Below, piece after piece: positions 56,569 through 64,000 of a stretch of DNA of 64,000 nt (its first letter is position 1; each line of letters starts with the position of its first letter). The position numbers were made by a program, and so were the translations under genes. Source of the DNA: a virus (lineage: Duplodnaviria > Caudoviricetes); the IMG/VR virus record IMGVR_UViG_3300037501_000255. The stretch is one strand, 5' to 3'. The notes under the pieces are model-generated. The model worked only from the letters and a program-made list of their open reading frames with translations, did not search any database and was not told where the DNA came from.

Positions 56569-57083
56569 TAGAAGATCCTCATATGTTTGCGAAGCTCTGC
56601 CTTGCAGCACTTGGCAAAAGTGAGATTTGAGCTGCACAGGCATAGCCCGTCATCTTTTATGTTGGACAGCTGATTTCTAAACATACTCTGACCAATTGTA
56701 TGCTGATGCTCGTGCTGCGCGACGATGGCGGGAAGGCCGGTAAGCCTTATACCTTGAGGATTCAAGTCGTCTACTATAACTGCAGTATTGTATCTTAGGG
56801 TGCGTATGGACTGACCGGGATACGACAGACACCCCTCTGCAGTAAAGATAAGCGGCTCAGACAGGTGGGTGATGCGCGCATTTATGAAGTTATAACTGTG
56901 CTTTGCAGAAATGCGTATTATGAATGCTTGCTTTACTACACCAATCTGGCATGCTGCCAGACCAATTCCCTGTACCTCCGACATTCGAAGCTCATTTTCG
57001 AGCCTAGTCAGAAGTTCAGCGGCTTCCCCCGGCAAGACCGGAGTGGACGGAATTAGGAGAGTATCCTCATCGGTAACGATCAT
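56568..57083 (-). CDS. def: peptide deformylase with C-terminal SEC-C-like motif
   Basis: GIGLAACQIG, EGCLS, QHEHQH; tail CLCSSNLTFAKCC. Confidence 0.88.
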   Translation of the reverse strand: MIVTDEDTLLIPSTPVLPGEAAELLTRLENELRMSEVQGIGLAACQIGVVKQAFIIRISAKHSYNFINARITHLSEPLIFTAEGCLSYPGQSIRTLRYNTAVIVDDLNPQGIRLTGLPAIVAQHEHQHTIGQSMFRNQLSNIKDDGLCLCSSNLTFAKCCKAELRKHMRIF

Positions 57084-57403
57084 ACGGAAAAGCTCTTCCC
57101 GCAGGAGCAGGAGGGTTTGGTATCTGGGAATATAAACACAAACCGGCTCTCCGTCAAGGAAGTTTTCCAATCAAGCGTGGCTCCGTTGAGGAGTGTTGCG
57201 CTCTTTTTATCAATTAGTATTTTGAATTTCTCGCAATCAATGATGTGATCCCCAACAGATTCGGTAGCTGATAATTCGATAAACTGCTCAAAACCCTTGC
57301 AGCCTCCGCTGCGCAGTCCGACCCGGATGGCGCAACTCCCATCGCGGGTGGCGACAAGTTCGCTCATTTTTTGTTTGGCGCTGTCCGAGAGTGCGATTGG
57401 CAT
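57080..57403 (-). CDS. iscA: A-type Fe-S carrier (IscA/HesB family)
   Basis: IRVGLRSGGCKG...LDW...CSCGKSF. Confidence 0.88.
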   Translation of the reverse strand: MPIALSDSAKQKMSELVATRDGSCAIRVGLRSGGCKGFEQFIELSATESVGDHIIDCEKFKILIDKKSATLLNGATLDWKTSLTESRFVFIFPDTKPSCSCGKSFSV

Positions 57404-57458
57404 GCGGTCCCCGTGGTATGTAATTGCTGCGGCCGGCTAGACGTGCGGTTTTTATTTG

Positions 57459-57812
57459 TTATTCTGAGAATGATGAGCCGCAAGCGCAGTGGCGGCGATC
57501 TGCAGAGCCTCCGGAAAATTTAAATCCTTCTTGCAGATCAGAGGTGATATAATCTAACTCTACGCCCTGCATGTACATGGCGGAAAATGAGTCCATAGCA
57601 ATGCGAATACTGCGTTCGCCGGACGAGAACTCCTCTATCAAATCTTCATCTGGATCTAAGTCATTATCAAAGGCGAGTTCGTTTTGGAAGCCGGAACATC
57701 CCCCTCCCTTTACTGAGGCGCGTATAAAATAATCATCACTTAATTCATCTCCATTTTTAGCTGCGATGAGACGCTCAATTGCGGCAGTTGTCAGTTTTAG
57801 CGGAAATGTCAT
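57459..57812 (-). CDS. second A-type Fe-S carrier (IscA/ErpA family)
   Basis: RASVKGGGCSGFQ...LDY...GFKF...CACGSSF. Confidence 0.9.
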   Translation of the reverse strand: MTFPLKLTTAAIERLIAAKNGDELSDDYFIRASVKGGGCSGFQNELAFDNDLDPDEDLIEEFSSGERSIRIAMDSFSAMYMQGVELDYITSDLQEGFKFSGGSADRRHCACGSSFSE

Positions 57813-57813
57813 A

Positions 57814-57996
57814 TCATACCTCATAAATATAAGAGATGCGCTGAACCCATTCGTCATCTTCGTAGTTAGAGTGGGTGTATATCTTAATTTCGGATGGTGT
57901 TAAAGGGCGTTTGAAGCCGCACTTCCAACAGTGCAGCAGTTTATTTTCCAGTATATCCCTTTCATCCAGATCTTCCTTACAGAATTGGCAATTCAT
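57814..57996 (-). CDS. small zinc-ribbon protein
   Basis: CQFC...CWKC, 60 aa, fills the gap. Confidence 0.5.
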   Translation of the reverse strand: MNCQFCKEDLDERDILENKLLHCWKCGFKRPLTPSEIKIYTHSNYEDDEWVQRISYIYEV

Positions 57997-58010
57997 AATT
58001 ATCTATATTT

Positions 58011-59114
58011 TTATGCTAACATACTATTGACGTATTTGGCAATTGAAAAGGCACATGTCAGCCCGGGGCTTTCAATCCCGACCAATGAAACCATCTTGCG
58101 ATCACCGTCGCAAGACTCGTCTTCAATGATAAAATCAGACTTAAAACCGCCGCTATTGATCTTTGGTCTAATTCCAGTGTAATCTGGATATATATCTTCG
58201 GGGGCCAGATCGACATCTAAGTATTTATTTATGTCGGTGAGAAATTCCGCCTTGCGCGATTCATCTATGCTATAATCTACATTTTTGACTGGATATGCGT
58301 TGGGGCCAAATCCGATGGAGCCATCCATGTAGTTTCTAGTATGTATGCCTAGCGATAGCTGATCTGCTGGCGGCACCGCATATACGAGATGCTTTAGATC
58401 TCTTATTTTATTTGTTTTGTAGTATTCTCCTTTATAGAAGTACAGCTTATATTTATATATGCCAGATAGGGCCGCTATTCTGTCTGCAAAGAGGCCTGCG
58501 GCATTGATAATACAGTCTGTATTAATTACAAAATCATTGTCGTTGACCGAAATCTCCCAGCGACTGCCGGCGGCATCTATAGCAGTGACTCGCGAATTAT
58601 ACGACAAAACTCCCTGGTTAGCAGTTATGTCTTGCTCCAGAGCGCGCATGAGTAGATGCGAGTCGAAATATCCGGTATCGGGTATAAATATACCCTCGCA
58701 TGGTTTGAGTGGAATATTGTTTTGGATGTCTGATGAATTCCATCTGATACTTCGATATCCCAGCCCTATTTCATCGGCATTCTTTTTTAATGCATCAAGG
58801 GAGGATAATTCGTTTTCGGAATGTTGGGCAACAATAAGCTTTCCGGACTGCTTATGTGGCACGCCTTTTTCTTTCAAGTACTGATACATTAGCTCTTTGC
58901 CATCTAGGCAAAGTTGTGACTTCAGACTTCCAGGTGTATAGTAGATGCCGGAATGAATAACCTCGCTATTGCGACTACTAGTATGATATCCGAATCCAGC
59001 CTCTGTATCTAGCACTACAACAGAGTCGTGTATTTTAGATAATTCGGCAGCTATAGCTAGACCTAGTGCGCCCGCCCCAATAACTACAGGACCACACTCT
59101 ACAATGTCGGTCAT
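58011..59114 (-). CDS. lhgO: FAD-dependent oxidoreductase, L-2-hydroxyglutarate oxidase-like
   Basis: IGAGALG, TSSRNSEVIHSGIYY, GIRPK, GIESPGLT. Confidence 0.85.
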   Translation of the reverse strand: MTDIVECGPVVIGAGALGLAIAAELSKIHDSVVVLDTEAGFGYHTSSRNSEVIHSGIYYTPGSLKSQLCLDGKELMYQYLKEKGVPHKQSGKLIVAQHSENELSSLDALKKNADEIGLGYRSIRWNSSDIQNNIPLKPCEGIFIPDTGYFDSHLLMRALEQDITANQGVLSYNSRVTAIDAAGSRWEISVNDNDFVINTDCIINAAGLFADRIAALSGIYKYKLYFYKGEYYKTNKIRDLKHLVYAVPPADQLSLGIHTRNYMDGSIGFGPNAYPVKNVDYSIDESRKAEFLTDINKYLDVDLAPEDIYPDYTGIRPKINSGGFKSDFIIEDESCDGDRKMVSLVGIESPGLTCAFSIAKYVNSMLA

Positions 59115-59962
59115 AGGGACATTACTTGATCTCTTAGGGATGGAATTCTGAGTTTAGCGAGAAGCGACTTCTCAGTAGCAAGCGTTCTATCCACCGCCTC
59201 TTGAGCTGGAGTTGGGGAAATTGTAAGTTTTAGATCATACCTATCATTAATAAGATGTAGCAGCTGTTCTTTGGTTACGGAGTCCGAGTGTACGTGGAAT
59301 AATCCGGTCTCGTACAGTTCCCCTTCTATAATCTGCGAGCAGATGTCGGCATATTGCTGGCAGGTGATGCCATTCCACAGATGGTTTGTAAATCCGCGCA
59401 CCTCCCTACCCGCTTGGCTTTGCGCCCACGCAATCAAAGACGCCTGCTTGTGAATCTCTGGTCCGATAATTGAGGTGCGGATTACCATAGCATCGCTATA
59501 CGGCTCCCCCAGACTTTTGCTCTTACCATAATCATCAAGCGCATCGTGAGGCGAAGACTCTGTGTAGGCACCAGTCGCTCCGGAGAATACACAATCTGTG
59601 GTGATATGAATCATCTTGATTCCAAAAGATTTTAGCGTTTCTGCCCAAATATGAGGTAGTAGAGAGTTGATTAATATACTCTCCTTCTTGTTTTTAGCCA
59701 TAAATGGTTTGATGGTTCCGATACAGTTTATTACATAGTCTGGATTTTTGGGAAACATCTCAAGCACTTCTCTAATATCCGAGGCCGCATCTAGAGTCTT
59801 CTCTGTTGGATCAAATTTTATCCAGTTACTTCTCCTACCGTACACTAGTGATAGATCCCTAGTAGTGAGGAATGTGTCGTACTTATCTGGATGGGCTTGG
59901 AAAAACTTCCCAACAGCGTTGCCCAGCATACCTGTTCCACCTAGAATTAAGACCGTCTTCAT
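59111..59962 (-). CDS. rmlD: dTDP-4-dehydrorhamnose reductase-like SDR
   Basis: GGTGMLG, HITTDCVFSG, YGKSKSLGE. Confidence 0.85.
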   Translation of the reverse strand: MKTVLILGGTGMLGNAVGKFFQAHPDKYDTFLTTRDLSLVYGRRSNWIKFDPTEKTLDAASDIREVLEMFPKNPDYVINCIGTIKPFMAKNKKESILINSLLPHIWAETLKSFGIKMIHITTDCVFSGATGAYTESSPHDALDDYGKSKSLGEPYSDAMVIRTSIIGPEIHKQASLIAWAQSQAGREVRGFTNHLWNGITCQQYADICSQIIEGELYETGLFHVHSDSVTKEQLLHLINDRYDLKLTISPTPAQEAVDRTLATEKSLLAKLRIPSLRDQVMSL

Positions 59963-60429
59963 TACCTCACCTCAATGTCAAATGTGCCGTCGGTTGCTTC
60001 AAACGGAAATCTATAGTCGTCTTGCGCACTCTCAGCAAGAGTGGATGTTGAGTAGAAAATAAGTATCGTGCCTGGCTCCAACATCCTGAATCCATTTGCC
60101 ATGCCGGCCGGTATGTGTAGCACCTTGGGCTGTAGAGCGGATAGGACGAAGGTCTGCGGCGGAAAGGCGCCCCGTGCTGGATCTATGGAGGGAACCTCAA
60201 CATCGTCCCACCCCATCTTAATGGCCGCAATTATGGCCGAGCCCCGGGCACAATACACATACTTATGCTCTAGCAGATGTCCGTGCCAAGCACGGATCTC
60301 ACAGAGTGGGTTATTCTCTACCTGATACATGCGCTTAATGCCTGCTGCCGTGAAGTCAAAATCATTCACGAAGCGCAGATTGCCTCGATTATCGCATGCC
60401 AACCCACCACCTATCAATCTTGCCGTCAT
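59962..60429 (-). CDS. rmlC: dTDP-4-dehydrorhamnose 3,5-epimerase-like cupin
   Basis: DNRG, RAWHGH, LHIPAGMANGF. Confidence 0.8.
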   Translation of the reverse strand: MTARLIGGGLACDNRGNLRFVNDFDFTAAGIKRMYQVENNPLCEIRAWHGHLLEHKYVYCARGSAIIAAIKMGWDDVEVPSIDPARGAFPPQTFVLSALQPKVLHIPAGMANGFRMLEPGTILIFYSTSTLAESAQDDYRFPFEATDGTFDIEVR

Positions 60430-61367
60430 TAAAATGCCCCCAGCTGCTTCATATACGCCGCATTGGAATATATTGGATCTGATGTATTTTTTACTCTATT
60501 TTCAATAATTAGCTTATTCACTTCCATAACTCCATCGGCCAATTTTAGAGATGCGCTCCACCCAAATTTAGAGAATTTGCTATTATCAACCTTATAATTA
60601 CGCTGATCTTCAAATGACAGATCGGAAAGTATAACGGATGACCCGGGAATAAGCGAGCTAATTTCCTCTGCCATGTCCGACAGTCTGTAGTTGGCGTGTG
60701 ATAAGTTATACAGCCCCGATATCTCATTCTGTAGTGCAAATGCGGTTGCGTGCGCCACATCCCTTACATGTAGTAGGGGCCTCCACTGTTCTCCTCCGAA
60801 AACAGTCAATGGCTCTCCGCGAGACGCCTTAATTGTCAGAACATTGGCGACAAGATCGACTCTGATACGTGAATGTGCATCTCCTGTCCCAAACAGCGTT
60901 CCTAAACGCCATACTAACGCGTCGGGGCGCTTAGCCAGCAAATATTTTTCTGCCTCTAGTTTTGTAACCGCATATACGGACAGAGGATTGGTCGGAGAAT
61001 CTTCGTTAAGCATATCATCATTCTTTCCGTATACGCTGCAAGTTGATGTCCAAACAATCTTTCCACTGTAATTGTCAGCCAGCCATTTTACAGTTTCGGT
61101 GTTAATCTGTCGTGTAAGTTCGGGATTTACCGCGCAGGCTCCGTCACCCACCAGCGCTGCAAGCCAAACTACACAATCATATTTAGGCAGTATTTGTATG
61201 AGCTTGCCGGTGTCGCGTATGTCGCCATAAATAAAGCTGACGGGTTTCATGAAGCGCGTTTCGTATAAGAGATTGTCGTAAATAGTTACGTCGTAACCTT
61301 TGGATATGAGATGGTCGGTCATGTAACCGCCCAAATATCCCGCTCCTCCAGCAATTAATATTTTCAT
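60429..61367 (-). CDS. NAD-dependent nucleotide-sugar epimerase/dehydratase
   Basis: GGAGYLG, STCSVYG, YAVTK (YxxxK), WRPLLHVRD. Confidence 0.9.
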   Translation of the reverse strand: MKILIAGGAGYLGGYMTDHLISKGYDVTIYDNLLYETRFMKPVSFIYGDIRDTGKLIQILPKYDCVVWLAALVGDGACAVNPELTRQINTETVKWLADNYSGKIVWTSTCSVYGKNDDMLNEDSPTNPLSVYAVTKLEAEKYLLAKRPDALVWRLGTLFGTGDAHSRIRVDLVANVLTIKASRGEPLTVFGGEQWRPLLHVRDVAHATAFALQNEISGLYNLSHANYRLSDMAEEISSLIPGSSVILSDLSFEDQRNYKVDNSKFSKFGWSASLKLADGVMEVNKLIIENRVKNTSDPIYSNAAYMKQLGAF

Positions 61368-61408
61368 ATTACCTCATTTATAGGCTGCACTGCAAGTATA
61401 TTAGTGCT

Positions 61409-62281
61409 CTAATCTAAAGACGATAGGATCTCCTCGAGATCGCGTATTGATCCAATATTGTTAGTCTCTTGCCATTTATAAGCGCTATCTACAATATCCT
61501 CGTATTCTGATTCGGACATCTCCATAAGTCGTTTTGAAAGTGCGGTCGAATCACCATCAAAGTCTCGATAGTCTATAAATAAATTTTTTGGAACATAATC
61601 CTCTATGTTAAAGCACCCGTAGTATACTGCTATTGTCTTAGATTTAAAGCAATTAAAAATTCTTTCGGTAATAAAGTCATAGCTATGAAATGGATGGTAT
61701 GTGCTTTCAAAACACAAGCAGAATTTGTATTCATTTATTTTTTTAAGGTTTTCATAATGAGAATGATAATATGGTATGCTACCAGCGTACATGCTGCCGC
61801 CCCAGGGCGTTCTGGAGAAAACGTGTTTTACTGGTAGGTCAAGTGACTGCATTACGCGCTCGCGCATGAAATATATGTCACCTTCTCTGCCTGTATAATT
61901 TATTTTATTCAAACAAATTATACCGTTTATTTTTTTATTAAATTCAACAAACTCATCTAAGCAAAAATATGAATTACATGCGGGTACACCGCGAATCAGA
62001 TGCACCTGCACCGACGGCAGCTGTGCCCTAACTACATTCGCCATTTTAGAGCTATATGTTATATATGATTGATATTTAGATATAATATTGAGGTCCCAAT
62101 TTTCAGGTATCTCAATGTGAGGCTCTGCAACAAGGAGATGCCTGTATTTGGGCGGAAGCATCATCCTGCTGCCCCACCTAGCATTGAATGCTACATTTTG
62201 ATACTTCTCGCTCAAGTAGTACCACTCATCCCTGGCCAGCCTTACGTCTAAATCCTGTATTTGCAAGTTTTTTTTGATCAT
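61409..62281 (-). CDS. GT10-family (fucosyltransferase-like) glycosyltransferase
   Basis: YKFCLCFES...FITERIFNCF...IAVYYG...FIDYRDF. Confidence 0.75.
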   Translation of the reverse strand: MIKKNLQIQDLDVRLARDEWYYLSEKYQNVAFNARWGSRMMLPPKYRHLLVAEPHIEIPENWDLNIISKYQSYITYSSKMANVVRAQLPSVQVHLIRGVPACNSYFCLDEFVEFNKKINGIICLNKINYTGREGDIYFMRERVMQSLDLPVKHVFSRTPWGGSMYAGSIPYYHSHYENLKKINEYKFCLCFESTYHPFHSYDFITERIFNCFKSKTIAVYYGCFNIEDYVPKNLFIDYRDFDGDSTALSKRLMEMSESEYEDIVDSAYKWQETNNIGSIRDLEEILSSLD

Positions 62282-63009
62282 ATATCAGTCAATTCACCAT
62301 ACATTGGCCGAGCCCTGATTAGAGAAGCGTTGTCTATCTGCGATCTTTGATTTACCTTCATATCATTAATTGGATTAACATCATTGTATACGTACATTAT
62401 TCTATCTATAAACGCAGCCTTTTTGTTTCCGGCCATCTCTAACATAGGAAACATAAAAGCAGCATCCCACGCAGTTTGAAAGTATGCCCCAGAGTCATCA
62501 CGCAAATCTTTATCAGAAATGCGTGTCCAGAGTTTTCGTCTAAATGTACGAAGGTGGGAGGCTAACCATTCCCCACCACGCCTGTATTTAGATATATCTG
62601 GAATTCTATTTCCATATGGACCGTATTTACCACTAATTGGAATAAAAGTGCCGTACGTCATCCAGCAATCCCGATTATTATACTCTTCATTAAGATAAGA
62701 CAGCACTGCTTCATCGCTAAGCTGGTCGTCTCCATCAACAGTAACAATTATATCATAATCTATATCACTTGTTATATTTATAGCATTTATTATATTATTG
62801 AGCGCGCCCAACCTGACTGTGTTGAATATGGTTTGACAACGCGGATCTGATATGGTTCTAAGGAAATCGGCAGTTGAATCAGAAGAATTGTCATCTATGA
62901 TAATTAATCTAAAATTATCATAGTTCTGATTTAATATCGAATTAACACAGCCGGATATAAACTTCTCGGCATTAAAAACCGGGGTAATTATTGTAAAATA
63001 ATTTTTCAT
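62278..63009 (-). CDS. GT2-family glycosyltransferase
   Basis: IITPVFNAEKFI, IIIDDNSSD, VDGDD. Confidence 0.88.
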   Translation of the reverse strand: MKNYFTIITPVFNAEKFISGCVNSILNQNYDNFRLIIIDDNSSDSTADFLRTISDPRCQTIFNTVRLGALNNIINAINITSDIDYDIIVTVDGDDQLSDEAVLSYLNEEYNNRDCWMTYGTFIPISGKYGPYGNRIPDISKYRRGGEWLASHLRTFRRKLWTRISDKDLRDDSGAYFQTAWDAAFMFPMLEMAGNKKAAFIDRIMYVYNDVNPINDMKVNQRSQIDNASLIRARPMYGELTDI

Positions 63010-63779
63010 ACTAGTGAATTTCTTCTGTTATTTATAGAAGGATGTCTTAGAGATGGATCATTATTAAAAAATTTCATTTGTGCAAAGTTATGCAGCGGCA
63101 TCTGCGGTATCTTGCCAGATAAAATATCATTAAATAATTCTATTTTTAAGTATGTCACTACAGTGCTGCATTTTATCAATCCGGTGGCTATCCAGGATTT
63201 TGTCATTGCGATCTCTATGCCGACCCCTCTACAGTGTAATTTTGAGTATGCATGCATTGATATGAAGTCAGCTCTCTTTAGAATAGCGACTGGAAAGTTT
63301 AAAAAATAATCATCAACAATAGACACATCTTTTATAAAAAAGAGATCGTCGCCAATATTTATATACTTACTGCAATCACGACAGTAGTCTGCCGAATTGT
63401 CGGGAAGGTGTGTGTTAAAGCATATATAACCAATTCCTCTAGAAGAGAGGGTGTTGAGTGTTTTTTTGGATGGTATTTTGTTAATTATTATATCATCTTC
63501 AGAGTAGAAGATCCAGTCGGCATCAGTAGCGTGCAGGCCCCTCAGTTGATTTTCGGCCATCCCGCGTATTCCGCTAGCGGCGCCGGAAACTATGCGCCAG
63601 CCTAAATTAACAAACTTATCAAAATAACCTATATCACACCCATTGTTAAATATATCAACAGAAATTATTTTATCATCAAATAAATCGGTATTACATAGCT
63701 CTATAGAGTTAATCGTCGCATCTAGTAAAGCAAGTCTATCTTTAAGATTTGTAGTCAATACGATGGCTGCTACTTTCAT
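63006..63779 (-). CDS. GT-A fold glycosyltransferase-like protein
   Basis: AIVLTT...WIFYSEDDI (DxD-like); start ATG 63779 overlapping the upstream stop. Confidence 0.6.
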   Translation of the reverse strand: MKVAAIVLTTNLKDRLALLDATINSIELCNTDLFDDKIISVDIFNNGCDIGYFDKFVNLGWRIVSGAASGIRGMAENQLRGLHATDADWIFYSEDDIIINKIPSKKTLNTLSSRGIGYICFNTHLPDNSADYCRDCSKYINIGDDLFFIKDVSIVDDYFLNFPVAILKRADFISMHAYSKLHCRGVGIEIAMTKSWIATGLIKCSTVVTYLKIELFNDILSGKIPQMPLHNFAQMKFFNNDPSLRHPSINNRRNSLV

Positions 63780-64000
63780 ATATACTCCCACGTCGGAAAT
63801 ATCTCTCTCACCATTTTAATAAGCGTGCCATGATTATTATATGATAAATAATTATTGTGATTTATATTGCATATTAGATGCTTAACGTATTCGCTTCCGC
63901 CGTACCAATGAATGCCTATTGAATATTTACCCAAATACATGGTACCATCTATATCATATAAATATTCTTTGTGATTGTGATCAATAGCGTATACTGTTTC
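63776..64000 (-). CDS. 3' end of a probable glycosyltransferase (truncated by the window edge)
   Basis: Open frame from the window end: ...YSIGIHWYGGS...PTWEYI-stop; not in the ORF track. Confidence 0.45.
   Translation of the reverse strand, partial: ETVYAIDHNHKEYLYDIDGTMYLGKYSIGIHWYGGSEYVKHLICNINHNNYLSYNNHGTLIKMVREIFPTWEYI

Noticed and set aside
1-64000. Plus-strand and nested ORFs in the ORF track (60-200 aa)
   Set aside because: They are antisense shadows of long minus-strand genes with recognisable motifs, with no RBS context or motifs of their own
1-64000. Stop-codon reassignment (alternative genetic code), as seen in some large phages
   Set aside because: Code 11 already gives dense, full-length genes, and TAA, TGA and TAG (e.g. 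the SbcD stop) all fall at sensible gene ends
1-64000. tRNA, rRNA or other structured ncRNA genes
   Set aside because: Intergenic gaps are short (at most ~140 nt) and I found no cloverleaf or T-loop context; a tRNAscan/Infernal run would be needed to exclude them fully

Overview
A 64 kb segment of a large (jumbo-type) tailed bacteriophage genome. All credible genes are on the minus strand, tightly packed, often with ATGA overlaps and GGAG/AGGAG Shine-Dalgarno sites, and they read in the standard bacterial code. In transcription order (high to low coordinates) there are four blocks. (1) A glycosylation cassette: GT2, GT10, a partial GT, an epimerase, RmlC/RmlD-like genes and an LhgO-like oxidase. 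(2) A host-like Fe-S, proteostasis and translation block: two IscA-type carriers, peptide deformylase with a SEC-C tail, GroEL, IscS, an I78-type protease inhibitor, a CBS-less IMPDH/GMPR, Nudix, an extended bS21 and ClpP. (3) A replication, recombination and transcription block: a standalone primase zinc finger, SbcD/SbcC, a PD-(D/E)XK nuclease with a class 3 intein, a sigma-like factor, trigger factor, DnaE, a gp32-like SSB with an 8-nt tandem-repeat leader, RuvC, DnaJ, RecA, a TOPRIM-only primase and a decayed GIY-YIG endonuclease. (4) A head/packaging block: many unknown proteins sharing K/R-x-A motifs and a short helical module, a class II nucleotidyltransferase with an altered templating motif, intein-bearing TerL, portal, a topoisomerase IB-M23 peptidase fusion and a 1612-aa zincin/coiled-coil protein. 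No tRNA, rRNA or CRISPR array was seen. All calls come from motif recognition by eye; no database search was run. Several starts were moved from the ORF track to a downstream start with an RBS or a stop/start overlap.
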